Counted from the whole stretch's first letter, positions 35,533 to 47,425 are shown. The stretch is 63,977 nt of DNA, filler included, from Cladosporium halotolerans (GCF_011745625.1; 7 parts of 7 records of this genome joined end to end with filler, not necessarily neighbours in it), one strand, 5' to 3'. Program-made: numbers and translations. Notes: generated from the sequence alone by a model not told the origin.

Positions 35533-36364
35533 TGATGGCCTTGCAAAAGTGACGGTCCTGTGGTCAAGATGTGGAAGGGACCGTTAAAGGCTCCTTGTTG
35601 CCCTGAGGCTTCGGCATGCCCTGAGGCTTCAGCATGCCCTGTACCGCAATTGGTGCTTCATGCTCCATGGCATGCTGTTGCCTCAGAGCAAACAGGAGCC
35701 TCAGGGCATGCCGCCAGCCTGAGAGCCTGTCACGCTCTTCGCACCATTCGTTGCTTCCTGTCGACGGCGTCTCCCTGTCGACGGCATCTCCCTGTCGACG
35801 GCATCTCCCTGTCGACGATTCCTCCATGTCGACGGCATCTCCCCGTCGACGGCATCTCCCCGTCGACGGCGTCTCCCTGTCGACGGCATCTCCCCGTCGA
35901 CGGCGTCTCCCTGTCGACGGCATCTCCCCGTCGACGGCGTCTCCCTGTCGACGGTCCCTCCCTGTCGACGGTTCCTCCCTGTCGACGATTCCTCCCTGTC
36001 GACGGCATCTCCCCGTTGACGGTTCCTTCCCGTCGACGGCGTCTCCCTGTCGACGGCATCTCCCCGTCGACGGCATCTCCCTGTCGACGGCGTCTCCCTG
36101 TCGACGATTCCTCCTTGTCGACGGCATCGCCCCGTCGACAGCATCTCCCTGTCGACGGGGAGATCCCGTCGATATGGAGGAACGAATGGCGTGACAGGCT
36201 CTTAGGGCTGGCGGCATGCCCTGAGGCTTCGGCATGCCCTGAGGCTTCTGCATGCCATTGGTGATTCATGCCCCAGGGCACGCTGTTGCCTCAGGGCAAA
36301 CAGGAGCCTTTGACGGTCCCTTCCACATCTTGACCATATGACCGTCACTTTTGCAAGGCCATCA
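35533..36364. mobile_element. Foldback/MITE-like element with nested inverted repeats
   Basis: 77-bp IR at 35533-35609 and 36288-36364 with few mismatches. Inner IR at about 35696-35752 and 36181-36229. Confidence 0.65.
35760..36173. repeat. 17-bp minisatellite, consensus GTCGACGGCRTCTCCCY
   Basis: 23 tandem units (35760-36150) followed by one inverted unit. Confidence 0.95.
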
Positions 36365-37214
36365 ATTGTCCACATGGGTGGACGAGCAGGCTGCAATCAG
36401 GAGAACCTACACACGGCGTCAAGATGCGTATGGGCGTCTGGCGGTGGAAATTCAACAGATCCTGTAAGTAGAGCAGTGCACACCCCCCTGCATATGATGT
36501 TTGTCATTTTGGTCATGTCCATCACACGTTGAGGTCCTCACCAAAAGCTGATAGGCTACATCTCGCAAAGTGCTACTGTACAGTACAATGCCATCTCCTT
36601 TTCGTCTCTTGCCATGAATTTCGAATGCGTCATTTTCGCAAACTCCGCGTAGGTACAGTACTGTACACCAGCCGGGAACAGCTCTTCTATTGTTCCACAA
36701 ATCGTGGGTGTCCGCAGTAATCGTTTTGTCCTGGCCAAGAGACCAATCATTTCCTACGCCGGCTCTGGATGGACTCCGGCCAGCCGCCAGGGAGGGAGAT
36801 CCAACTCGGAGCGCTCCTCGCCGCATGCCCTCTGCGGCATACTTCCCGTGACAAGCTCCTCTGGCATTCTGCTCGCAGCAGCAAGCCCGACCCAACTGTC
36901 GTGCCAAGTCTTGGGTGATCACGGTTTCTTGCCGCTCGCTTGCATTACCTTCGCAAAACTCGCCGAAGTCGGTCTCTAAGTCTGATGTCAAATATGCCGA
37001 GTATGCAAGATTCAACCGGACTATTGTCGAAAGAGAACACCATCGCTTGGCGCTGTGACTCTCGGTCTCCACATGTTTACGTGACGCCAGAGAATCTGCC
37101 AAGCGATTCAGGCCCTCCGGAGGGCTGACGGTCAGCATGAAACGCTTGGCATTGCGGCCTTCGATCCATCTGTCCGCACGTGACGACTTGAAAGACAAGG
37201 AATGCTCTTTGCCA

Positions 37215-37573
37215 CCGCCAAATGTGCGAACTTACACAGATGGCAGTTGCATCGGTGGCCATGTTGGCGCAGCGGCAGTATACCCTGAGAAGGGAAGGAT
37301 AAGAGATGCATACATGGGGACAAACGCAACGTTAACAGTCTACGCTGCGGAGCTGCGGGGCATTAACCTCGCATTAACGATGGCGAAAGAAGAGGTCGAC
37401 GCAGGTGCGGTACAGCGGTGTATCAATGTCTTCGCCGACAATCAGGCCGCGATTCGTTCCCTGACCAGGCCAGAAGGGAGGTCTGGGTCGTACATCCTCA
37501 GGCAGATTGTCGAGAGAATCGGTGCGCTTCAGACAAGTGGACACAAGGTAACAGTGCGATGGATGCCTTCGCA
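37215..37573 (+). mobile_element. LINE RNase H domain fragment (cut by contig end)
   Basis: TYTDGSCIGGHVGAAAV..TVYAAELRGI..FADNQAAI..VRWMPS. Confidence 0.9.
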
Positions 37574-37673
37574 NNNNNNNNNNNNNNNNNNNNNNNNNNN
37601 NNNNNNNNNNNNNNNNNTTAATTAATTAANNNNNNNNNNNNNNNNNNNNNNNNNNNNNNNNNNNNNNNNNNNN

Positions 37674-38600
37674 GTCGGCACATGCGTTTTGACTCACCAC
37701 GCCCGTCAAGTTGCCTTTTTCTGTGTATCTCATTTTGATCAATCTCACAGTCACATGGGCCCTGGCGTGCGCGAGGGCCTTGTTAATCTCAAACATGATG
37801 TCTCTGGGGTCGCAGTTGTGCGACTGCACATTCCTAGCGAAAAGAACACGTCTTTGGTCGAGCGGGTGTTTCTTCGGCTTTTTCTTACCGTTTGCGACTG
37901 TGGTCCAGCCACCGCCTATGCCTGTTCCCGCTACACTCGCCCAGCTTGACCGTGCTGCTTGCCCTGGTGGATGTACTTCCCTGCTGGCGCCCTGCGTTGC
38001 ATGCCCTGGCCGAGCGTCAGTCCTGGTGGAGGTTGTCATCCCCTCATTGTTCCGTTCCGGCTGCTTCCCGAGCATCTCAATGACTCTTCGAAGCGCGGCT
38101 TCCACCCGCCGATCCGCCTCGGCTTGCATGTTTGCCATCGCAGTGTTCACGAGCTGAGTGATCTGCATCTGTATCTTGCTCATCTCTAACCTTATCTCGC
38201 CTCGGAGGAATTGCATTTTTCCCAGCGAGCCAGCAGGGAGGGTTGAGCCCTCGGATCCACGCTGGCCGCCGCTCGCCACGAACTTCTCGAATGCTTGAGT
38301 AAGCACGTCGTCAGTGATGCTGATGGCTGATCCTGCGTCTGCTTTTCGCTTCTTTGGACTTGCTGGTCCCGTGGTGCGAGCTTGTTGGTTGTTCCCAGTC
38401 CGCGCCCCACCAGGTCCAAGGCCCATTTCGCAAAGTTCGAGGACGGCGAGACTTCCGATTGGTTCGAAGCTTTCCACGGGCGCTCCAGACCCTGAACCGT
38501 CACTTTGGGGCGCCCCTCCGCCGCCTTTGCTGGGGGATAATCATTCCCGCCAGCGAGGCGCTGGGGATCGCGTTGGTGTGCACGCACTGGTCTTATCCTG
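37674..38600 (-). mobile_element. LINE 5' end with ORF1 (gag-like) N-terminal part
   Basis: KKHPLDQRRVLFARNVQSHNCDPRDIMFEINKALAH is nearly identical to ORF1 at 45582-46734. Coiled-coil upstream. Confidence 0.85.
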
Positions 38601-39563
38601 TGCTTTCGAGTGATGTAAACGATAACCCTGTCTGTGACAAAGTGGAAAAGAAGTTCTCCAGTCTCGTGCGATTGAGTGTCTCAATGAGAACAATCCGACT
38701 CGACGGTATCGGGTTGTGGAAGCCCAACAAGGTGTTGTCGTTTCTGCTGATCCGTATTACTAGCTCGGTGATGTTGCAGCTGAGCCTTGAAACGAGTATC
38801 CTAAACCCTTTCCTCACATCAGGTTCTGCTCCTAAATGGCACAATGATTGGTGGATGTAGTGTCTGGCATTTTTATACCGTCTTGTCGCAAGAATCTCAC
38901 ACTGCGAACAGCGCGAATTACCTCGAATGCTACCCATGTCGACTCGCAATGTCGTAAGAGGAGGTAAGTGATTTCCGCAACTCGAGTGGCCTTGCGGTGT
39001 GGGGATTGTCGTATCTGGGACACTAAACCGTACATGGTACTTGCTGGACATTTCAGAGCACCGACACGAGATACATCTCGCCCCCGTGAGGAATGTATCC
39101 TGCAATGCGCAGCCTGAAATGTCGCATTTGTCAAGTCTGGCGTTTCAAATTCAGAGCCTTGTGACATACTGCTGAAGTAGGTTTGTCAATTCTCACATGA
39201 CTCTCCCTGCGAACTGATCAGACAGGCCGGCACTCAGAGATTCGTCCGTACGACCGTGGTTATCATTGAACGGTGTTTGTGGAAAAAGCGAAGGAGGAAC
39301 AGAAGTGAGCTTTGATTACATTTGCTAATCTGGCGTTGAGGTCTTTTGTTTCCGACCTGGACCTGCAGGATGATTTCGTAATTCTACACACGAGCCGCTC
39401 GCCCTCAACCGCGGTCGTGGTTAGGTGTGCTGATATTGTGCTAAAAGAGAGGTGCATGCCCAAGTCTGGCCGTTGGGTACGCTTTGTAGGTAGGGTCACA
39501 ACAGCTGGAACTGCGCTCGCTCATGATCGTCAGTCGCTCGACTAAACCTTCCCCGGAAAAGCG

Positions 39564-40678
39564 TTACGAGCGCCGTTTGTACGGATCTCCGTCTAGCTTC
39601 AGTGGCAGAATAGACGCGTTTCGACTTTGGTCTTCTGTCTTTTCGGGTGCGGCGTGCATGCTTTCCATAAGGGAATCTTCTCGTTGGAGGTTTTGGCAAG
39701 GGAGGCCTTCCAATTGCAATGACTGCTGGAGCAAAATTGGCGCCGCGGGGGGGGAAGAGCGTGGTAGTTCCTGGAATTCGGGAGGATACATTTGGCCCAA
39801 AGGGATTGTGTGAGAGGGCAGAGGGGCCGAATTGTCAAATGGTGAATATTGGTACGCAGCGGCTTCTCGTCTGGCAAATTGAGCGTACCCATCTGGAAGC
39901 GGCCTAAAGTCGACGAGCGATAGATGATCCGGGAAGCCATTCCCTGAGAGGAGAGCGGGCTCATAAGGGTTGTTGCAAAAGAGGTTCGCTGGCGCCCAAC
40001 CCTCCGCAAGACTCGACTGGAAATCAAAAGGCAGCGTCGGAGCATTCCCAAGCCCCGAGATGCCACACGCCCAGGGAGTTGGAGGCGATCTCCAAGGCGC
40101 GAACCACGGATTAGTGGATGAGGACGATGCAAGAGAAGTTGAGGTGGGAGAGCTGTCCAGCTGTTCCCCACTCTCGAGGGCCCGTCGTGAATTCTGCCCA
40201 GCGAGAGACGCAGATCTCCTGGCCCGTGTATCAACGATAGGCCTGGCGTTGTCAGAATTCTCGAACCGGCCGGTATAGCTGTGCTGCCGTTCTGGCGGAA
40301 GGAAGGCGCAAGTTTTCTTGAGTCGGATGCAGGTGACGCAACGCTCTCGAGAGTCACCTTCCGCAAGTATGCATCGTATCTTGCGTCTCCGACAAGGCTC
40401 TACAGAGGAGTCAGCGACATAAATGCCTGGGTTGGACGCTGTGCGGGACAAAGCGATCCGATAAATCAAATAACAGGCTTACCACATGCGACGGGGACCC
40501 TCATGTACCCCAGGCTGGATTTTTTTTTCGCACCAGAATCTCGTGCCTCGGGGGCTAAGTGCAGCCCCTGCTGCAGGCTGTGCTTTCCAGTGCCCTTCAC
40601 CAGGGCTTTGCTCCTCTGCGCGCGAGATGCATAGCTTTTGGGTGCTTTGCGAGCAGACAAGGCTTTGGCATCAGCCAT
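39564..40678 (-). CDS. Zn(II)2Cys6 transcription factor
   Basis: Intron 40400-40482 (GTAAGC..CTGAC..TAG) gives ACEPCRRRKIRC..CVTCIRLKKTCAF, followed by a low-complexity tail. Confidence 0.85.
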
Positions 40679-41737
40679 GTCTCTTCAGGGTCCGGTGGCA
40701 GATGCTTGGGCGGCGGCCGATGGATTCTTGGATCAACGTGCAGACTTGATCCCGTGATCGTGCATGGCCTCGTGCGCGAGAGGGCCTTGAAGTACAGACC
40801 TCGTGCTGGCGCCACGCCTCAGGCTTGCACGCCCGCCAGTCCCGCATGCGATGTCATCAAGAGGGCGGGCAAGTGCCGCGTCGATTGGCTCGTGTGGGGT
40901 CCCCAATGAAGATGCTGAGCGGGTTGTGGAGTACAGTCCGCGAAGGCCGCCGCCAGCGTACCGGGGTGGAGTGTAGGCCGCGAAAGACGCCACCATCAAC
41001 GGCCCAATGCAAGGGTGGCGTGGGTGGGCCTTTCGCCGTCCCACGCGGTGGGGTACGGCGGGTCAACGGCTGTGGGGTCAATGGCGGCTCAAGTAGGACC
41101 GATGTACGCGATGGTCGATTGCCAAGTGCTCAATCTACATCTAAGTGTTTCTCCATTGGCGTGTGTGCCGCTTCTGTTCGGCCAGCTCCAGTTCTATGGC
41201 GACGAGCGTTGGACATGACACGGGCGGTGAAAATCACATCACTTTGTGATCAATCTGTCCGTCCAGCTCGCATGCGCAGCCAATTGCGCTAGAGTCTTGG
41301 CGTGCGTCTCCATCGCCGATCCAGTCTCCGCATGTCACGTATTCCACGTCACCGAATCGACTTCATCCGCACAAGGCTATCGAGATCGGAGCAGTCTCCG
41401 TGCAAGATCTCATTTTCGACATCGCCCGAGCAGGAGCCGTTGCGTTCTCGCAAGCCCCGCGGAAACCGTCGTCTGGGTCATGTGCGGCGGCCAGTCTTGG
41501 GATCGGCGTTGGAGCTACGCCTGAGACTTCAAGGGCAACACGACTTGCATGGGCGGCACATTGCCGTAACGACAACCCACACGTGTTTACGGCCGACTCT
41601 GAAGCAGTCTATGTGTCCTCTCGCTTCGGTATTCATCCGAACAATCTTGCTCGCTGTCCCAACTTCACCAAGTCGCCACAGCTTTCGGGCTTTGCGCCCT
41701 CCTACTTTCCCGTCTTTGTCACTCCTCATATCTCGCC

Positions 41738-44700
41738 TCACCCCCTTCCGTCCTCCAAGGTCCCATGTTCCTCATCTGCACCCCGATCCAAACGCTCGAT
41801 ATCCCACGAGTCACTCTTGTTCGCGTCTCCAGCCAGCTTCATCCCCACTTCTGTGTTCTCAATGAACTGGAGGACTTCTACAATAGCATCTTCTGCAAAC
41901 AGTGTCTTCAGGTCTGCCTGATCTCGCCTTCCGCTGATCGAGACATTTCTCGCGCGCAGTTTCCGCAACATGGTGTCCCGCTGCCTTCGCCACTTCCGGC
42001 ACTGCAGCAAGAGGTGAGCGACTGTCTGACTGTTCCCGCCGCACCACCAGCACTGCGCGTCTTGGACCTTGCCGATCCTTAGAAGGTGAGTTCCCGTGAC
42101 TGCATGACCGGACTTGAGCTGCAAGTATCGAGCTGCGACAGACTTCCTTGCGTCTTTGATATTTCTGTTGATCTTGGTAGCCGGCTTCCACCTCTCCTTG
42201 ATGGCTTGTTTCACGTACGACAGCGAGGCTGATCGCATCTCTTTGGGCTGTTTCTTTGCCGCTCGTTGTGCCGTGGCTCGTGCTATCTTGTAGCCCTCCA
42301 CATCTTCGCCTTCCGGAAGCCACGTCAAAGCCACCCGGCCTCCTGCTTCTTCGACACCGTGTGCGTGTCTTTTGATGCCAGTGACGACTGGTAGTACCCA
42401 GTGCTCGCTGCTTCGGATGGCAGTCAGTCCAGCCCGCGACTCCGTAGCGATCTCGGCGCGGCAGTGATCTGTCCTCGAGAGTATCGAAATGAGGTCCTTC
42501 ACACCCATGCCTATGGCGAACAACGCAGCATCGACTGTTGTGATGTGATTACCTAGCGATGACCCTTTCGTCTTCCAAGTGCATCGCTCTCTCCGTGCGA
42601 TACCCACGCCGAAGCTCACATCCTTGGCTGTGCTCACAAAAAGTGTTAGTTGTTGCGGATGGTCAGGCTGCATTCTTTGCGGCGTCTGTGAGTAGCCTTG
42701 AGTCCGGATCACTGGGTTTGCTATAGGCGGGTCCACCTTGCGTGGCAGCTCGAACCCATACTCCGTGTCGTAGTTGACGTGCCTCACTACCTGCTGTGCA
42801 AGTCTGCTCCCGAACGATCGGTGCGTCTTTTCCGCTCTCATACATCCAATGCTAGACGGCTGACCTGTTGCTCCATCGTGTCTATAAAGCTCGCCGAGAC
42901 GGAAATTGGCGGGCAGGAGCTGGTGCATTGGATGATCTCCATTCGCGTTGAGCGCCCGCATCGCGAACCTGGTCTGGCGATGGTCAAGCAGATCTCGGGC
43001 GGTGGGTAGGCACGATTCCGCCCGAAGAAAGGTTCGAGGGGTTGATGTCAACAGCCCTGTGATGGCTCTCGCTTGGCTGTTCAGCAGCAGCTGCACTTTT
43101 TCCAATCGGTCTTTCTGACCTCTCCACCAGATCTCCGACCCGTACAATGCCACGGAGGTGACTACAGCCACGACCACTCTCCGCATCAAGTCCACCGACA
43201 AGCCGCCATTGCTTCTACTAAGACTGGATACCCGCTGTAGAGCTCCTTTGGCACTTGCCATCCTGTTTTCGAAGTGGCTTTTGAACGACAGCTTCGAATC
43301 CAGCCAGAAGCCCAGCCATTTTGTCGCTTCTTGCTTAATGGCAAAGCGTGCTGCCTCTTTTGCTGCTTGCAGAATCTTGCGACGCCTGCTGAAGACGAGT
43401 GCTTCGGTTTTGCTGACCTCGAAATCGACTTTGTTGTCCGATCCCCATTGTATTGCATCTCTGGCGATATGCTCGAGCTTCCTCGTGCCTTCTTCCACGT
43501 CATCACATTCTGTCACTAGACCGATGTCGTCCACGAATGAGATCGCCTGGAGCTTCATGTGTCTGTCTTCCAGCCACTGGAACATTGCGCTCACTGATAA
43601 GATGAACAGCACCGGTGATATCGGTGACCCTTGCGGCAGGCCCGCTTGAATGCTGCGGGTCTCGCCCGTTCTCCCGTCAATAATTAACATGGCTCGGCGG
43701 TCTGACAAGAACGAGTCCACCCAGCGCACGATGTTGCCAGCTATGCCGACTTGGGCCATCCGCAGCAGGAGTTTGTGCTTGTTGACCCGGTCAAACGCAC
43801 CTTTGACATCAAGGAGTAAAGCGAGTGCAATGCGCTTCTGGCTCCAAGCATTCTCGACTTTTGCGACCAGCTGAGCCACCGCGTCTGATGTCCCCCTTCC
43901 CCTTCGGCAGCCGAACTGCCCTCGATGGAAGATTTCGTTTGTATCACAGTAAGATGCGATCCAAGTTGCGACCGCCCTCTCCACCACTTTTCCAAGACAG
44001 TTGAGCAGGCTGATCACCCGATATGCTTTCGCGATGCTGTACGTGGGTTTACCGTGTTTGCGCAGCAAGATGCCTTTTGCGGTCTTCCACGTGGAGGGCT
44101 GGAACCCGGCCCTTATGCACCCTTGTACAAGAGCTACCACACGCTCTTCTGCCCAACTCCATAGCAGTCTCAACGCTCTAAAGCCGATGCCGTCCACGCC
44201 GGGGGCTTTGTTGACCGACTGTGTGAACAGAGCTTCGCGGACTTGTTTCGCGCTTACACCAGCGCTCGTGTCTGGAATCTGGATGTCTTCCTTGTCCCCG
44301 GCTTGAGGTGGGAATGCCTGCGCCATGAAGATCTCTTCCTTCTCCTCGGCTGTCGCCGCTATCTTGTCCGGCTGGCTGTCATTCCTTGCTACCTTGATCG
44401 CCGGTGTGTGCGATGGCACCTGAGGTTTCGTATATCTGAGCGCTTGCCAGCATCTTGCAGGATCAGACTCCAGTTTCGAGCTTTCGTCGGTCGGGAAGAC
44501 GCCCTCAAGAAAGCGTTCCCAAGCCAGTCTCTTGGACCTGCGGATGTAGGTGTAATAGTCGTTTCTCACCCGACGGTACTCATCGAAGCTAATGCGCCCG
44601 TCATTGTGAGCACGTCTAGCGCTCCCAAACAGCCTTCTCTGCTGCCTGATCTCGTCCGTCCACCAGCGCTTCGATCGTGGTCTCGGCGTTCTACCAGCGG

Positions 44701-45601
44701 CATGTCTGTCCATTACGGCTCGTAGGCTGTCTTGAATCCATATTGCTTCGGCTTCGAGTTCTGTTGCTGACGTGGCCGACGCATTGATCAGCGACCTTCC
44801 TTCACTCAGCTCAAGCCAGTGTTTGCTTGCTTCTTCTAATGCTTGCTCGTCTGCGCAGAGCCGATCGATGTTCCAGTTTTGTGTAGCATTTATCTGTCTT
44901 TCCGGGACGCCCGCGTTGAGTGGTGCCCACTCAAAGACGATTACCTCGTGGTCAGACGTTGTGGCCAGTGACTCGTCGATCTCCCACGTGACCAGTGCTC
45001 CGACCCTGCGGGTGCTCAGGGTCAAGTCGATTATTGATCTACAGTTCTTCCCACACCTCGTGGGCTGGTGGTCGTTGTTGTTGATGATGAGTTCGCGCTT
45101 CTCGATCAATCGCTCTACCGTCCCCGCATTCTGCCTCCCTGCAACCCATGGGTCCCACAAAGGACTGCGAGCATTGAAGTCGCCTGCGAGTATGGTCCGG
45201 CCCTCGATGAGTTGCGACACGTCTACGTGGTCCATCGTGTATCCGCCGCCTTGGACCCTGGCTTTGTTGTAGACATTCACCAGCCTCGTTCTTCGAACCT
45301 TCCTGCGGTTCACCGTCTCCCAGATGTCCAGGCACTGCACGTGCGGGCTGTCCACCAAGTCCGTCCTCTCTTCGAACATGTGGCGATCCAGTGCGTCGCT
45401 TCGAATTGCTAGCGCCACCCTCGTCTCTCGCTTCGCACATTCCGGCCATCGTATCTGAAATCCCGGATGGCTGATCACGTATCTCTTTCCCACGTACGGC
45501 TCTTGCAGGCACGCCACTTCGGCTCCTCGTTCAATAGCCGACTCCAAGGCAGCCACCGTTGACACAGCCGTGCCGTTGCAGTTATGTTGTATCACTATCA
45601 T
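41738..45601 (-). CDS. LINE ORF2: AP endonuclease, reverse transcriptase, RNase H-like, CCHC
   Basis: IQHNC..CLQEPY..GDFNA..IDLTL..SDH (APE); KAPGVDG, YRVISLLNCLGK, LPQGSPISP, FVDD (RT); CWWC..HLLLQC. Confidence 0.95.
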   Translation of the reverse strand: MIVIQHNCNGTAVSTVAALESAIERGAEVACLQEPYVGKRYVISHPGFQIRWPECAKRETRVALAIRSDALDRHMFEERTDLVDSPHVQCLDIWETVNRRKVRRTRLVNVYNKARVQGGGYTMDHVDVSQLIEGRTILAGDFNARSPLWDPWVAGRQNAGTVERLIEKRELIINNNDHQPTRCGKNCRSIIDLTLSTRRVGALVTWEIDESLATTSDHEVIVFEWAPLNAGVPERQINATQNWNIDRLCADEQALEEASKHWLELSEGRSLINASATSATELEAEAIWIQDSLRAVMDRHAAGRTPRPRSKRWWTDEIRQQRRLFGSARRAHNDGRISFDEYRRVRNDYYTYIRRSKRLAWERFLEGVFPTDESSKLESDPARCWQALRYTKPQVPSHTPAIKVARNDSQPDKIAATAEEKEEIFMAQAFPPQAGDKEDIQIPDTSAGVSAKQVREALFTQSVNKAPGVDGIGFRALRLLWSWAEERVVALVQGCIRAGFQPSTWKTAKGILLRKHGKPTYSIAKAYRVISLLNCLGKVVERAVATWIASYCDTNEIFHRGQFGCRRGRGTSDAVAQLVAKVENAWSQKRIALALLLDVKGAFDRVNKHKLLLRMAQVGIAGNIVRWVDSFLSDRRAMLIIDGRTGETRSIQAGLPQGSPISPVLFILSVSAMFQWLEDRHMKLQAISFVDDIGLVTECDDVEEGTRKLEHIARDAIQWGSDNKVDFEVSKTEALVFSRRRKILQAAKEAARFAIKQEATKWLGFWLDSKLSFKSHFENRMASAKGALQRVSSLSRSNGGLSVDLMRRVVVAVVTSVALYGSEIWWRGQKDRLEKVQLLLNSQARAITGLLTSTPRTFLRAESCLPTARDLLDHRQTRFAMRALNANGDHPMHQLLPANFRLGELYRHDGATGQPSSIGCMRAEKTHRSFGSRLAQQVVRHVNYDTEYGFELPRKVDPPIANPVIRTQGYSQTPQRMQPDHPQQLTLFVSTAKDVSFGVGIARRERCTWKTKGSSLGNHITTVDAALFAIGMGVKDLISILSRTDHCRAEIATESRAGLTAIRSSEHWVLPVVTGIKRHAHGVEEAGGRVALTWLPEGEDVEGYKIARATAQRAAKKQPKEMRSASLSYVKQAIKERWKPATKINRNIKDARKSVAARYLQLKSGHAVTGTHLLRIGKVQDAQCWWCGGNSQTVAHLLLQCRKWRRQRDTMLRKLRARNVSISGRRDQADLKTLFAEDAIVEVLQFIENTEVGMKLAGDANKSDSWDIERLDRGADEEHGTLEDGRG

Positions 45602-46734
45602 CGTCAACAGACATGTGCGTCGGGTCGCTGGAGCTGAGGATCTGGGTCGTCCTCACGAAATGCTTGGTCCTTGGCCGGAGTTCCCTTGTTGGTCTGGGCG
45701 ACGGTTGATCCCGGGGCAATGGCTCTGGTGTGCTATTTTTCGAAGATATCGGGATCAGATGCACTAGGGTGGCTTGGCCTGAGTCTGTCGGCGTCACCTC
45801 CATTTCTGCTTGATCTTCCTGGATAACAGAATCGTCCTGTTCTGGTGCCGTCTCCATCGCCGGCGGGCTGCTGCGCACTTCGGTCACCTTCTGTTGGCGT
45901 GTCTGTCGGCTCGATCTCCTTTCCGGGCACCTTGGCGATGTCGCCGGATGTGGTCCTCCGCAGTTCGCGCATTTCGCCGCGTGGTGCTCGCATGGTCCTG
46001 ATCTCTTGGTACAGATTTCGGCAACGCATTCATGCTTGCTCCCTTCGTGCTCGCCTGCGCACACGAAGCACTTTGCTTTCTCGGTACACTGGCCGAAGTG
46101 GTCTCGGCCACAACAGCGCATGCACATCCCGCCTTCTCCTCTTTCCCAGAATCTCTCTACCTCGTGACGTCTGCCGCCGAATGATAGTCCCTTCGCTAGA
46201 AATACATCCGCGGCCTTCTTGCTTTTCACAGTCAGGACCAGTGTCGACCTTTTGATGCTCCCGCTGACGAAGCGCTCGGCCAACGTGTCCCCTTTGATCC
46301 ATCGCGGCGCGTAGGGAAGCTGTTCACCCGTCATCAGTTCGATCTCCTCTCGGGCTACATCTAGTCCCCCTTGTGTCATGTAGCGGTCCAGCGCGACACC
46401 ATGCACTCGCAACTTCAGCCACTTTTCTGTTTTTTCCATGTAGGCAACCTCGGGGCCGAGCTTTCTCACAGCGCCCATCACCACTGGTGCGTAGTTGAGC
46501 AGTTCGTTGGCACACGCGTTTTCACTCAATACGCCTGTCAAGTTGCCTTTGTCTGTGTATGCCATTTGGGTCAATCTCACCGTCACATGGGCCCTCGAAT
46601 GAGCAAGGGCTTTGTTCACTTCGAACATAATGTCTCTAGGGTCGCAATCATGCGACTGTACATTTCTGACGAAGAGTACTCGGCGCTGGCCACGAGGGTG
46701 TTTTTTCAACTTTTTCTTACCGTTCGTGACCGTA
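45582..46734 (-). CDS. LINE ORF1 (gag-like, Cys/His knuckles), partial
   Basis: CMRCCGRDHFGQC, CFVCAGEH and CANCGGPHPATSPRC. Confidence 0.9.
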
Positions 46735-46834
46735 NNNNNNNNNNNNNNNNNNNNNNNNNNNNNNNNNNNNNNNNNNNNTTAATTAATTAANNNNNNNNNN
46801 NNNNNNNNNNNNNNNNNNNNNNNNNNNNNNNNNN

Positions 46835-47425
46835 TTCCCTTTGCCCGATCACTTCGCTTACCATGTGCCGGAAAAACGCGATAGCCACCTCTTTCGATGT
46901 CATGCCGAACTTCTTTGCTTTTTCTTTTTGTAGCTCCAGCGCTCCCTGTATGTCAGGTGTAGAACCCTCATCCACGAAAGCCATCTTGGGGTAGACGAAC
47001 ATCTCCCAATCTCCTGGGTTGCGCTTTCTGGCACGCACGGCCGCGTGACCATGAAGTATTTCTACGGTGTCGCTCCTCATCCTCATCGCAGTCAAAGCAG
47101 GTATGGCCTCGGCCCCTCCTATACTGCTTGCGCTCACGCCTTGCGCCCATCTGACCAATTCCCATTCCCCTCCGGACTTTTTTATCATCGCCTGACCGTT
47201 TGACGCGCCGAGCTCGATGGCGACGGTCCATGTTGCGGCTTTGGTGGCCGTGTGATGCCTCTTGGGAAGTGCAGGCTGTGCAGGTGTCTGATCATCGTTC
47301 TGTCCATTCGACGCGCTGAGCTCGATGGCTGAGTTGGGTGCAGCAGATTTAGGTGTCGCTTGAGGCCGGACGGGACGCGTAGGGTGCGGAGGTTTCGGCC
47401 TCGGTATGTATTTTGTACGCGCCAT
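46835..47425 (-). CDS. Divergent Hsp70/actin-like ATPase-fold protein, N-terminal part
   Basis: WTVAIELGASNGQA (compare the phosphate-1 loop VAIDFGTT), LVRW, AIPA, LHGHAA, YPKMAF and KEVAIAFFRHM follow the order seen in fungal Hsp70-like proteins. Cut by contig end. Confidence 0.55.

Larger units (their letters stand above)
41585..46734 (-). mobile_element. Tad1-like LINE retrotransposon (5' end cut by contig end)
   Basis: ORF1 plus overlapping ORF2 plus a 3' UTR similar to the other copies. Confidence 0.95.

Noticed and set aside
35760..36173. CRISPR-like array
   Set aside because: Head-to-tail 17-bp units with no unique spacers, in a eukaryotic context, with no cas genes.
35560..36281. 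Five overlapping repetitive ORFs (147-234 aa)
   Set aside because: By-products of a stop-poor 17-bp repeat read in several frames on both strands.
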